From: Balanoglossus misakiensis
Lineage: Eukaryota; Animalia; Hemichordata
NCBI GenBank assembly: GCA_040954595.2
Contig: CM082590.2
Location: 3,348,001-3,412,000, forward strand
Length of the DNA stretch: 64,000 bases
Direction of reading: 5' to 3'
The position numbers and the translations under genes were made by a program. Below the pieces are notes generated by a model, which was given only the letters and a program-made list of their open reading frames with translations, was not told the DNA's origin and ran no database searches. Shown here piece after piece: positions 39,267 to 52,473 of this stretch; position 1 is the stretch's first letter; every line of letters begins with the position of its first letter.

Positions 39267-42200
39267 TCAACAGTCATCAACACTAGACACATCACTGTCA
39301 CTGCTTGTTGTTTCCTGTGGTGGGATATTGTCTGAAATATTCACAGGCACATCTCTTCTGAGTTTTTCTTTCAAAGAAGATGTCAAAATCTCTGGGACAA
39401 TGAAATTTGTGAAAAAAGCCACTGAGGCTGGCAAGAGCGACTCCAACCAGTATTTTTCATCAAACTCAACAGGAACAACAAGCAGTCCCTTGCGTGTCCA
39501 TACAACAAAATCCAAGATGTACACTTGTGATACTGCCATTTGAACAGTTACTTGTTCAAAATAGCCTCTTGTGTGATTCTTTCTCAAAGTGTAAATTCCT
39601 GATTGACTATCATAAGAAATATAGTCAATTAACTTGTTATGAACAGCCTCCTGTGGAGATATATGCCTGTGCTTATATGGACACTTTACTTCAATCAATT
39701 TTTTAGGACAGGTGTCACAACTACAGGTTACTATACCATCAGGTGAAGCCCTAATGTAAGGAAAGTCTTCATGTACTAACAATCCCTGTGGAATTACATC
39801 AAGTTTACAGTTCTCATTCGATTGTGTTTGTATGTATTTATGTATAGCAGTGGTTTCATGCTCAATTCCCCACTCCATTGCCACACTCTTGTATTCACAA
39901 GATTTATAACCCATGATATCTGACATGAGATTATCTGCAGATGATTTACCAGTATTTAAGAATGAGACAATGCGCTTAAATTTAGTGGAAGTTACAGAGC
40001 CTTTTCTCTGTTGAATCCATTCATTGTTATGTCCTTGCCCCAAAGTAATATTTGCAACTTTGTCTCTTTCTTCAGAAGTGAGTTTACAATCATTTAGAAA
40101 TCGCAGTTTCTCTGTAACATATTTCTCATTTAGTGTGTTTTCACACTGTAAATGTGGCATTTCTGGAATAGCCATTGGAGTTGTTTCTGTGGTAATTTCT
40201 TTGGAAAATGCTAATACAGAGTCAAGGTCATTTCCATCATCAGGTAGCGTTTTCACTGGAGAAGATATGCTTGGTTCGGAAGACCTGAATCTGCTCATAT
40301 CCAGGAGATGTACGATGGGTGGCTGTGGCAAGTTAATATTGGCATTCAATATGTCATGCTTCAATTTTAAAATTCTGTCATAAGATGTGGTAGTCAGTAA
40401 CTGCTGAGGCTTCACAGGCTCATGTTTTCCAATTGACAAGCCTGACTGCTTCTTATTCCTACCCAGCTGTATCTCCTTTAATGGAACAGGAGTAACTCCA
40501 GCACCTAGTAAATAGAAGCAAAAGGCCAACATTATAATACAACCTGAAATATTTGCATTTCTTGGTTTTGTTCGTATCATGATATTTTACACTTAAAGTC
40601 TAAAAGGAAATAAACAATATACAAGGCATTCATAAATGTTCAAATCAAAATCAAATTAATATGCACAATTTACACGTACCAAGTAAACAGTGACTACCCG
40701 GGTAGGTTTTTCATGGCTTTATAGGAAGATTGTTTACCTAAACAACAGCTATTCCAAAATTGTTTTCCTGCAATTGTGGCTATAGAACTCCACATATAAC
40801 TTTTGTGAAAATGTAAGGATTGAGTCTGTGTTAATCTTAAAATGTGACTCCAAATACACTTGGGAAACACACACTGACACCTGAACTGCTATACAATAAG
40901 ACTCTGCATATTATAAGGTTATTCACAAAATACCGGGATTTATGTCCGAGTACATCGTGCAGCGCAGGTATTGTCCGAGACGCGCAGCGTCGAGGACAAT
41001 ACCGAAGCGTACGATGTACGAGGACATAAATCCCGGTATTTTGTGAATAACCTTATTATTATACACCTTTTCCTGACGTCCTTGATGAACGATAAAGAAT
41101 AAATAGGCCGCTATCGGACTTTCTAGTTTTCAGACGCCGCCATGACGTAATTTGCATATCGAACGCGCCTTCACCTCGCGCATCAGGTGATGCTAGTGTC
41201 GAGCTGCCGATGTCTCGCGCGCGACGTTCTACGCTGCAGCGATGAACGCGCTCGCCTGTTCGTTCACACATTCCTTCGACTGAAATTTCATCGAGGATTT
41301 TGACTTATTTCGCATCTTGGGTCACCAATAATTTTGTTTAATAACGACTGTGTACTTTTTATATAATTTTTTGTGAGAGTAGGGTGCAATATCATCATTG
41401 TTTACATCAGACAGCTGTGAGGTCAAAGGTCAAATATGCGTCCAATAACCCTGTGGGTTATGGGACTCCGCGTCCTCATTTGAATAATTATTGGACGGTG
41501 ATACCGCGAATTATTGTATTACGGAACTCCATAGGTTACAGCAGTAGGTGTATAATAATGACCAATATTGATATTACCTTTTGGTTCTGCCCACTGACAT
41601 GGTATTTCTGTACATGATGGACCATCAGGCAGTTTATCAAATCCACCTGCAACTACCTCAGCAGCAAGAAACAATAAGGCGCCAACATGAGAACATATCT
41701 GTCCAGGGCTGAAATACGATGGAATAATTGGTGATTAAAGATGCAATTACAGACACCCTCCTGTACCAACTTAGGTACCTAATGCACAACAACTTTTCTT
41801 GTCTGATCTGTCAGTACTGTACTTCAATAGACATCTACCAGAATCAATTTCCAATTAAAAAGTTAACAATTATTTACTACAGTGTAACAGTTCACGACAC
41901 AATATATAGCACAATTCACTCAACGCATGCACTCACCTGTGCCGTGAGCATATATGTCGTGAATTATGCTATAACTATACCTGTCCATGCTCTTGATGTG
42001 GGGTTATTGCTTTAAATGTACATGTATATGATATACTGCCCCTTAGGCTTTGATAAGAAAGCTTAGGGTAAAGTCTTATATAAATTACAAAATAATAATA
42101 AACCACATCACAAGACTTACCCTGCTGTACAAATGCAATAACCACTATAGGGTTGACCAGTACACTTGTCCAATACTGCAAAACACCATTTAACTCTTTG

Positions 42201-42755
42201 TGGGTCTGTTGATTGTGATGCAATGCACTGTCCACTAATGAGACAAAACAAGCCACTTTTACCATTCGGGTTGAATTTCACTGAATGGAGATGACCTGAC
42301 ACAATGTGTTGGTAACTTCTCGACACTTTGTATTTACGGAGATCTGTTTCTGTGAACTCAGAACTATTACATCGTAGTAAATATTGTTTAACTTTTGAAA
42401 CATCCACTTCAGGCATACTACTGATGTCTGTTGTCCAGCCTTTCATCGATTTCACAACATCAGGCGTAAGTGCTTGTAACTCGATCCGTTCATTGTCAGA
42501 TAGCAAATTCACCGGTTGTTTACGCGTACACGTCGCTGCAATATCGCGACTATTTTTCGAAGGGGTTGAAACATTGCCTACGGTGGAGATCAACAATTTG
42601 TGACACAATAAGACTTCTTGTGCGCTTCTTCCGACATCAACAGTAATACCGACCTGTTTACAACACGCGTCGAGTTGTCTCTTTGTAAGAGACTTCACCT
42701 GTTTCCATGATTTGAGGTAATTCAACGAGCAGACGACAGATGCCGGGCGATCCAT
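39267..42755 (-). CDS. SWIM zinc finger + YqaJ/lambda-exonuclease-like protein, 3 exons (42121-42755, 41578-41708, 39267-40504), 667 aa
   Basis: Phase-consistent splicing joins YCICTAG-PGQICSHV. WIQQRKGSVTST, AMEWGIEHE, IRASPDG, IEVKCP and YFEQVTVQM motifs; no stops. Confidence 0.9.
40910..41558. mobile_element. Hairpin-bearing non-autonomous element in the intron of the YqaJ gene
   Basis: Palindrome of about 145 bp at 40913-41056, plus IR tattatacacct / aggtgtataata (41057, 41546). Family uncertain. Confidence 0.65.
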
Positions 42756-44782
42756 TGTTGTAAACCACAGTGACCCGGTAACTAAACATGGCGTCGCCAG
42801 ACCGGAACCAATCATTAGCGCAAAGCATTATGGGAATTGTCGAAATGAAGCATAGTTGAAGAAGTGATTTTTATGAAAACATGCTTGATTTTTTTTGATA
42901 AAGCTGTTTAGATAATTGCAATATAGGAAAACTTAAGCTTGAGGTGAGCAAAAAAATGCTGACTAAGCATTTTCCACCATATTTTTACCCTATTACTGAA
43001 AAAGTAAGATGGGAACATCGTTTTCTCTTATTTTGTGATTTAATAAATGATTGCTATAACGGTAATATAATAAATATAAAAATCAGGAAAATTACAATAT
43101 TTTTTAATATTGAGTAGACCACTTCCTTTTGTGGACTTAAGACTTGTGGAGTGCGCCCCAAAACAACAAATCATGAAAATCGACACTTGTAAGTCTGTGT
43201 TTTTCTTAGTTGATTGAAGTACAGCTAAAATGGTAGTTATGTGTAGATTCAGGTGTAAGATGACAGGTCAATAATAAAGCAATTGTTGCTATGAGTTTTG
43301 AGTTCAGTAGACCAAATTTAAGCAAATAATGAAATACTGGTTAAAAAGAGTTGAAATAGAAAAAAAATGGAATTACAAACAAATGACATAAATTCTCAAA
43401 AGTTTCCTGTATAATGAATTTGTTTGGCTAAAATGGTCAAATAAACTTGCAAGAGTGATTGGTTTTCTGAAGTTAAAGGGACAAAGTGAATCAACATTCA
43501 ACCACACACAACTTCCATCCCGCTGAAGATACGAGAGTGAAATAAATCACCAAAATGAATAATCAGTCTCTATCTTTTATTCATTTTATGCAAGATTTTT
43601 ACTCTCATATCCTACAAACGGGATGGAAGTTGTGTGTGGTTGAACGTTGATTCACTTTATATCCACATGTAGAATATCATAAACGGTGTCTTGTATCAAA
43701 CATAACTAATGGAAAAAAATGCAGCGAGAGAGTTTTTGTCCCTTTAAATCAGATATGTTGCCCTGTACCACATGTAAAATAAATCAATAATTATTAAAAT
43801 TACAAACATTTGAACAAAAATCAACTATGTCATACCAATCACATAGAATATTTAAAACCCAATCTGCCTATCTCTCTTTCAAGACCTTCAGTGTCAGCTA
43901 CAATTATAAAATATTTAAAGAAAAACTTTAAACTTTAAAATTTACAGATGCCAGCAAAGAAAGATACACTGCTTAAAAGACTAAAAACATTCGGAAATCA
44001 TTAAAATAATACTACCCCGACTTAATTTTTTTTATTATATCAACCATTTGCAAGTTCAGGAATTATTTCAGTATTATTGCGATAGTGAAAGGCACATAAG
44101 CTGTAACTTTTGGGATAATTATCATAAATGCATTAGTCCATGCAGATGTAGGCACTGAACTATCGTATATACATGTATGAGTGCATATGCAAGTTTTAAC
44201 CAGATAAACATTAAAGTTTTGCCGCAAAGGAATATGGCCGCCACCGTGGGAAAATGCAAGAAACAATGAAAACGTTGCATTTCCGACTATGAAACTTCAT
44301 AAATGAAACATGATCTCACTAGAACTTATGGAAGTAAATGTACTCTGCTGAAACATTATATTTTCAGTTTTCATTGCAATATTGCACTTTTTTAAAAATT
44401 GCAGGAATTTTCGATTTTCTTTCTTTTTTGGCCGTTTTTACATAAATAAGTGTTGATCTTAATATACTATCATGAAATATCATTTAATATACATAATTAA
44501 AAGCATATATGGGATTATTTAAAGCTTAACTTTTTTTATCCAGTTGCAGCTCATGTGCCTTTAAAACATTACACCTTAAAAAAAATTAAATTATGCAACC
44601 ATTGGTCCTTCTGATTGGAAGTGAGGTCAATCCAGCGATGCAAAAAACAGTACTGCTAATTCAGAGGTCGTGGTAATATTTTCTTGAGTGCATATTCTGA
44701 CGCATTCATAAGAAAAATGCGTCAAACTTATTTCAGCCTGCGGCGTACACATGTCTAGTTCAATATTCATTAATCAAAATTT

Positions 44783-45020
44783 GCTACATTTTGAGTACAA
44801 AGTTCGCACGCACTAGTGGTTGTTACATTTTGAGTACAAAGTTCGCACACACTAGTGGTTGTTACATTTTGAGTACAAAGTTTGCACACACACTAGTGGT
44901 TGTGACATTTTGAGTACAAAGTTCGCACGCACTAGTGGTTGTTACATTTTGAGTACAAAGTTCGCACGCACTGGAGGTTGTTACATTTTGAGTACAAAGT
45001 TCGCACGCGCTGGAGGTTGT
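44783..45020. repeat. 39-bp minisatellite, 6 copies
   Basis: gttacattttgagtacaaagttcgcacgcactagtggtt starting at 44783, 44822, 44861, 44902, 44941 and 44980. Confidence 0.95.
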
Positions 45021-45054
45021 TTTGATCCCAGGCCCACTGTGCTATTTTTGGACA

Positions 45055-45251
45055 TACTGTAAAACACTTTATTTTTGCGAGCAATAAATTTTCGCAAAAT
45101 ACGCGAGAGCCAAAATAGCGTGAAAATATAAAGTTTGAAGATAATGATGCAGTGAATGAAATAAGAGAACGCGAAAATTAATACTCGCGAAACAGTGGCC
45201 TCTCTCGATATCGTGAAAATTTCAAATTGCGAAAATAAAGTGTTTACAGTA
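45055..45251. mobile_element. TA-flanked MITE (tactgtaaaacac...gtgtttacagta); relatives at about 1290-1500 and 23738-23932
   Basis: Terminal inverted repeats visible. Confidence 0.7.
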
Positions 45252-46270
45252 CTCAGCCAGTATTACCATTGTGCAACTGGATCAGCCGTTTCCTATGCAT
45301 CAATATTGATGCACAGATTAAGATTTTCGCGTCAAGTGAGGATTTTTGGCGTCAAATTACTTTTTGCGTAAACGCGACCACTGTAATTCAGTTTTTCTGA
45401 TGAAGTTTTGTGAAGAACATGACTGTTATACTAGTATACCATAAAATCAAATTTTTGATATAATATAATAGTAATAACTCCCACTAAAGTCGGGTATACA
45501 CTCGACTTGTGTTTGTTTCCTCCATAAAGCACTGGCCTATCTAATGACTCATGCTATCTGTAGAGAATTGAACCCAAATCTCGTTTATACCCATTAAAAT
45601 TCATGATTGTAAAAGCAAAGATTGCAACATACCGCTCTTCTGTATTTAATCTACAATTGACAATTAAGGGACAAAGTCTCTCTCTCACTGCCCTTTTTTC
45701 CATTAATTATGTATGTGGGATGGAAGGTGTGTGTGGTTGAATGTTGATTCACTATACATGTTGTATATCCACATGTGGAATAAGATAAACGATGTCTTGT
45801 ATCAAACATAATTAATAGAAAAAAGGGTTGTGAGAGAGAGAGACTTTGTCCCTTTAAATGTGAAAGTCAAAACAGTTTGACTTCAGCAAAATTTCATGAT
45901 CCAATTCGATGTCACTGTCAATAGCAGTGCCAAAAAGTAAATTTAATAAATGTAATATTATATAATCTCATATAAAAGAAAAAATAATAATATTAAGAAT
46001 TTTAAAAGTCTGATTTTCTTCCTTAAAAGACTGGTACTTCTTGAGTATATCATGTAAAAGCTAATAACATGACATTATTGCTACTTATAATATTTGCACT
46101 TGTGTCTCTACGACATGTATATAGGAATGAATCGTGTTGTTGTTGTTGTGTGTTGTTGTTGATGATGATGATGATGTCGTGTTTTCCACGATTATGATGT
46201 TCTTTGCAGTTATCTACAACATCGACAAATAATAGCAGGAAATGACAGATTGATTTTTTAAAATGTTTTT

Positions 46271-46313
<43 letters not shown>

Positions 46314-46342
46314 ACAACAACAACAACAACAACATGCATAGA

Positions 46343-49300
46343 CTATTGAAGGGCTTTCCTTAATTGATCTTCAAAAATTGCTATTAATATCATGATGCCT
46401 ATTCCTGTTAACATTCCAAGATTCTGCAGAAGAAGATGCCAGCATTGACTTTCATTCTCTTCAGACGATGCGTTGGTCATTTGGGGCATCTATAAAACAA
46501 CAACAAATAAATATTACTGTAATTACTTTTTAAATCATTTTGGGCAAGTTTTTCCTCTCATATCCTACAAACAGGATGGAAGTTGTGTGTGGTTGAACGT
46601 TGATTGACTATATATCCACATGTAGAATAACATAAACGGTGTCTTGTATCAAACATAATTAATAGAAAAAGGGCAGTGAGAGAGAGACTTTGTTCTTGGA
46701 GGTGTGTGTGGTCGAACGTTGATTCACTCTATATCCACATGTAGAATAACATAAACGGTGTCTTGTATCAAACAAAATTAATGGAAAAGGGGCAGCGAGA
46801 GAGAGACTTTGTCATGGGAGGTGTGTGTGGTCGAACGTTGATTCACTATATATCCACATGTAGAATAACATAAACGGTGTCTTGTATCAAACATAATTAA
46901 TGGAAAAAGGGCAGCCAGAGAGAGACTTTGTCCCTTTAAATAAAGTCACAAATGAATGGGAACTCACCATGTCCACTAAAGCTATGTAAAGAAACATTCC
47001 TCCAGCCAGGGCAAATATCCACAGACTGAATGTATTGATGTTACCCAATGCAAGTCCTATGAACACACCAATGTATGCAAGAACCGATGATAACAGACTG
47101 TACATGATGGCTTGTTTAACTGTCATTCCAGTCGTCAGAAGGATCGCAAAGTCACCTGTAAACCACAACATCACCACTGTCAGGTTTATATAGATAGATG
47201 CAGATATACAATTTCTAAGGTAAATTGTGCCTCGAAAATAAAAGTTTATTTTTTTTTATTTAATCAAGACAAGCTGTCTTTACATTATTTTCTCTCGCAA
47301 TTAACATTAAATATTAATGGGTCACAAATTTTTTGATGAGAGAACGTAAGTAATTGTTTCTGTTTATTTGTATTACAGTAAATTTTACAAAATTTAAAAC
47401 TGCAGTTACCTGCCATTATCTACCTGTATATCACCATATAAACATGATCTACTGATACACACATACAGTCTTGAGCAAAAGTTAACTATCATTGTATTTA
47501 CAACAACAAATGTTCTAATAACTGCCATGTTTAATTTTGAGAAGACAATAGAACGTAATTAACATAACATTTCATAATATTGTTATGCAAATTTGCCATT
47601 ACTCTATCATACATTCCTAGGGAGAACACTGATCTCTGTATTATTTATATACATTAGGTTCTTGTTATCCCATATGGATGTAAACTTTGAAATAAACATT
47701 AAAGGGACAAGTCTCTCTCTCTCGCTGCCCCTTTTCCATTAATAATGTTTTATACAAGACACGGTTTATGTTATTCTACATGTGGATATATAGTGAATCA
47801 ACGTTCAACCACACACAACTTCCATCCCGTTTGTGGGATATGAGAGTAAAAATCTCACCAACATAAATAAACAGAAGAGACTGATTATTCATTTTGGTGA
47901 GTTTTTTTCACTCTTGTGTCTGCAGGTGGGATGGAAGTTGTGTGTGGTAGAACATTGATTCACTATATATCCACATGTAGAATAACATAAACAGAGTCTT
48001 GTGTCAAACATAATTAATGGAAAAAGGGCAGCGAGAGAGAGATAGACTTTGTCCCTTTAATAATAATTATAATCACACATTGTTCCTACCTAGCTCATGT
48101 GGAAGCTCGTGGCAGAAGACTGCAATGGTCGTACTTAAGCCACCTGTCAAGCTGCTCGCAAACGCTGCCCCGATAGCCATACCGTCACTGAAATTATGGA
48201 GGCCATCCCCCATGATGACCATCCAGGCAATAGATGCAATGCTTTGATCTTTCAGGTTACCATGGTGATGACTGTGTCCATGGTGATGGACGGCAGTCTC
48301 TTCATCATCATGCTGCAACTTCCCAGGATCTTCATCGTCATGGGGATGGCTTTCATTGGTGTAGTAGTGCGGGTGATCATCGCCATGGTGATAATGATGG
48401 TGATGGTGGTGGTGACCATTATTTTCATGCAAATGATTCATTGAACTCGTTGAGTCACTTTCTTAATGCAGCTAACTGAGCCTGTACGAGAGGGTGAATT
48501 CAAAGATTTCATCATGAATTAAATTAAAGGGACAAAGTCTGTCTCTTACTGCCCTTTTTTCATTATGTTTATTACAAGACACTGTTTAAGTTAATGTACA
48601 TGTGGATATATGGTGAGTCAACATTCGACCACACACAACTTCCATTTCACTTGTAGACACAAGAGTGAACAACTCGCCAAAATGAATAATTGGTCTCTAC
48701 CATTTATTCATATTGGACGAGATTTTTAGTCTCGTATCCTACTAATGGGACGGAAGCTACGTGTGGTCGAATTTTGATTCACTATATATTCACATGAAGA
48801 ATAATATAAATGGTTTCTTGTATCAAACATAATTAATGGAAAAAGGGCAGCGAGAGAGAGACTTTGTGCCTTTAATGTATATTTTATAATTTTTTAGTAT
48901 AAATACCAGCGGTCTTCGTTATACTGTTTTTTGATTTACTTTTTATCACTGTTTTTTTTTTCAATTTTCTTACCTGAACGAGTTTGCACAGCAACCAGGT
49001 GTAATGATTCACATGACATATTTTGTCTTTCATGATGTCCCTGAAGTTTTGCACCAATAAATTTACGATCTTCCTCATGTAAGAGAGTTCTCTCTTTGTG
49101 TTTATGTCTGTGTTTCTCATGCTGTTGAGAAAGTAAGATTTAGAAACGTTTATTATTATACATCTGGCACCGAGAACAATAGAATTTAGCATGCAACAAA
49201 AGAGCTGTCCGGAACGTATGGAACGCGTGTTAAATACGCCTTAAGTTTCAAGGCGCCCCAACTCACTGTGTACAGGTATGCGTTGTTATGCGGACGGTTT

Positions 49301-51293
49301 CAAGACACCCCAATCCAACGCACGTAAACAAAAAAAGAAAGATGGCTGCTCACTGAGTCAACTGAGCGGTTTTCGATCGATTGTATTGGTATTTTAGGTG
49401 TTTTGAAAGCCAAGTAACATGCAACACAAGAACTAACGGAGATGTAAGATGTATAATAATAAGGTTATTATGAAAATACCACAAAGTATGCACAGCACAT
49501 CACCCTCTGCTACGCGCCGGACGCTTATGTCCTCATGAATACTTTGCGATATCTTCGTAGTAACCTCATAGTAGTACGGGCTTTGGAGACAGATTATCAA
49601 AAAAAAAAAGTATATGAAACAAAGAAGACAACTGGGTGTTCATTGTCTTGTTTTCATCAAAATCATAACTACAAGTGGGATGGAAGTTGTGTGTGGTCGA
49701 ACATTGATTCACTATATATCCACACGTAGTATAACATAAACAGTGTCTTGTATCAAACATAATTAAAGTGGAACGTTGAGATCCGTTTTTGAGCCAATTC
49801 TGCGAAATGCGATTAAAAAGTACTATGAAAAACGTTGGTTTCATTCACTTTCACTTACGCATAACAGAGCTACAGCCAGCCAAAAACTGCGAGAAACCGG
49901 AAGTGAGTGATGTCAGCAAGTTGTGGTACCGTTGTCCGCTGCCGACGCGTTGGAGCGAGCTTATGCTTATACACGCCAGCACTCACGCGACCGACGACGT
50001 TAGCATGGCAACATATTCTCGGGTAGAAGGCTACAATTTTGAACCAGAGATTCCCTTCTACGACCAAGCGACTGAATTTTACAGAGGACAAAAGTTCATG
50101 CAGTTCTGCTCTCCGAAGTGTCCCGTTTGTCAAGGCTTACACTTGGTGTGGTTTTAGTGAAACCATAGACCCTAGGGTCTATGGTGAAACAGACAATGCT
50201 GTTAACAATACCCTCCCTTGTTGTCTCTCCCTCGTTGTCACCTTTTCGAACCACTTTTCTTACAAAAATACTTTGTCACCTTTTATGGAGTTGAAAAGAA
50301 CGCAGGTGCATCGTCTTGCTCTCCAGGTGTAGTACGTCCGTAGTATAATGGAAGCCAATACCGTAGTTATTCTATGCATGTTTCGTCTCTTTGCCCTTTT
50401 TAGTTGCTTTCATTTGATAACTATGCGATCGTCAATAAATGGAAATTAAACCCAAATATGTGTACCAAAAAACGTGCAGGAAGGATTTAACACGGTACGT
50501 TTATTATTATCAGCGGCAGTTAAAACAACTTTGTATAGGCCTTACGGTTTGTTCATAAACGTCGACATGCATGGCATCGTGGACATTGCAGGCTCTATGT
50601 CTGCACGCATCGACAAATACAATACACGTAGAGCATTGCCTTTGAAAGAAACTTATCCCCGTCGATTTTCCGAATATGTTTTTAAAATCATGAACTTGAC
50701 ATTTCGCCATGTCAAATCCGCGCAAAATGTGTCTGTTTATTGGAAATGACACGTCGAACGTGTAAGAGCGTTGCTGACGTCACTGTAGTATTTTCAACTC
50801 GCGTCTTCTGCTTGCGCAGGAAGTGAAAGTGAATTAACCCATCGGAACGTTGCCGTTTTTGACACCCGGTTTGTACTTTGAAGCCCAAAATTGTGGGTGT
50901 CGTTCCACTTTAATGGAAAAAGGGCAACGAGAGAGACTTTGTCCCTTTAATCATGATATACTTTGGTTGGAACTTGTGCCAAAGATAAATCATTTTAGTA
51001 AATGATTTATGCCAAATTCCAAAATACTGGTATAATATGATAGCAATAAACCATCCCCAAGTGTTGGAATCAGCTCACATTTGACCATATTGTCCCTTTA
51101 AGACATATTTGAGACAATCTTGGTTCCAGTCACTTACCCTTTTCTTCTTCCTGTGAGTCAGAACTTTCATCAATCTTTCCATGATAAAGAAGAAATAAAT
51201 TCCTAACAGGACAATACATCCTTTCAAGACAATGGCAAGATGGTGAGTTTCATTCTTTGCACTGTCATGATCTTCGTGTTCACCAGAAAAGGA
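46343..51293 (-). pseudogene. 3' five exons of LIV-1 subfamily ZIP zinc transporter (SLC39A6/10-like): 51138-51293, 48974-49121, 48090-48481, 46968-47155, 46343-46489
   Basis: His-rich loop, [43 protein letters not shown] and stop. Splice phases are consistent except that exon 48090-48481 is 392 nt, 1 nt short near 48463. 5' exons not found. Confidence 0.9.
49767..50909. mobile_element. Kolobok-like element nested in a MITE copy, TTAA TSD
   Basis: agtggaacg / cgttccact ends, ttaa at 49763-49766 and 50910-50913, splitting the host MITE. Internal VEGYNFEP and YTW...LPCC motifs recall the Kolobok accessory (P2X7-C-terminal-like) protein. Confidence 0.8.
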
Positions 51294-51986
51294 CTGTAAA
51301 TACAAAATGGATTTCGTAATCAGGGAACGTCGTAGACTTGGGTCAATATCATTACGGGAAGCCTCCATTAAAACTTCTTCAATTGGCACCCAATTGCCTA
51401 TTGTCAAGTCGGGTCATTTAATATGCAAGATTACCAGTAATCTGTTTAGTTTTAATCCCTTTAAATATCTGAATATGATCAATCCATTGATAACTTGGTG
51501 AGGAAGTGAGGTCCTCACTTTTAATGGAGCTGTTTTCGGAAGTGACTAACAATCCCTTGGGTGACAGACGTATGCTATTTTAAAGGGACAAAGTCTCCCT
51601 CTCGCTGCCCTTTTTCCATATAATTATATTTGATTCAAGACACTGTTTATATTTTTCTACATGTGGGTATATAGTGAATCAACGTTCAACCACACACAAC
51701 ATCCATCCAACTTGTAGACATAAGAGTGAAAAACTCGCCAAAATGAATAATCGGTGTTTACCATTTATTCATTTTGGGCGAGATTTTTACTCTCATATTC
51801 TGCTAACGGGATGGAAGTTGTGTGTGGTAGAACGTTAATTCACTTTATATCCACATGTAGAATAACGTAAACGGTGTCTTGTATCAAACATAATTAATGG
51901 AAAAAGGGCAGCGAGAGAGAGATTTTGTCCCTTTAATCAAGCAAACTGACACCATTTGAAAATACAAGACGATCTTTCCCACTGAC

Positions 51987-52057
51987 CTCGTTCCGACTGA
52001 ATGGCCCCAGCTTTTTCCAAGACAGACGGGGGTACCGCTGTTCCACTCACGTCTTCG
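51987..52057 (-). pseudogene. PDCD6IP: Isolated fragment of ALIX V-domain coding sequence
   Basis: EDVSGTAVPPSVLEKAGAIQSERG versus the recalled human EDVSGDTVPQSILTKSRSVIEQGG. Confidence 0.75.
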
Positions 52058-52473
52058 CTGGTGAAATAAATTTCAGATTCAGAATACAGTTCAGATTCAG
52101 TCAGATCAAGTTCAGATTCAGAATCAAAAAGAATTTCAGATTTAGAAAAATTTTAGATTCAAATGAAGTTCAGATTCAGATTTAGTCACGGTTACCCTGA
52201 CCCCTCTGCTTCTTCCGCTGCACTGCAAAAAAGGGTCTGGTGAAATACTATAGAATGATTTGTAAAACAAAATGGCCGCTGACAGGATTTCCATCAGCCA
52301 CTGATTGGCTGATCTGTCAGAATGACATGGGTCACTGTAACTCAACTAAACTTTCCACATCAACCAGCAAGTACCAGTCTCTTGATGTGACAAGACAACA
52401 ACTCACACATCGCCAAGAGTCACTTACCACATGTTGCATCGCCATTTTAGCATAGTCGAATTGCAGTGACCCA

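Larger units (their letters stand above)
36572..42854. mobile_element. ISL2EU-like (PIF/Harbinger-related) two-gene DNA transposon
   Basis: Convergent THAP-DDE and SWIM-YqaJ genes. Imperfect TIRs of about 55 bp (atgct.c..tt.gaca...ccca.aatgc...gcgc.aatga.tgg.tccggtc). Extreme right tip altered, so no TSD confirmed. Confidence 0.88.

Noticed and set aside
39267-40580. Endogenous virus or phage recombinase locus
   Set aside because: The YqaJ gene is spliced, paired with a THAP-DDE transposase and enclosed by TIRs; no other viral genes are nearby.
44783-45020. CRISPR-like regular repeat
   Set aside because: Units are contiguous with no unique spacers, there are no cas genes, and the context is eukaryotic; it is a minisatellite.
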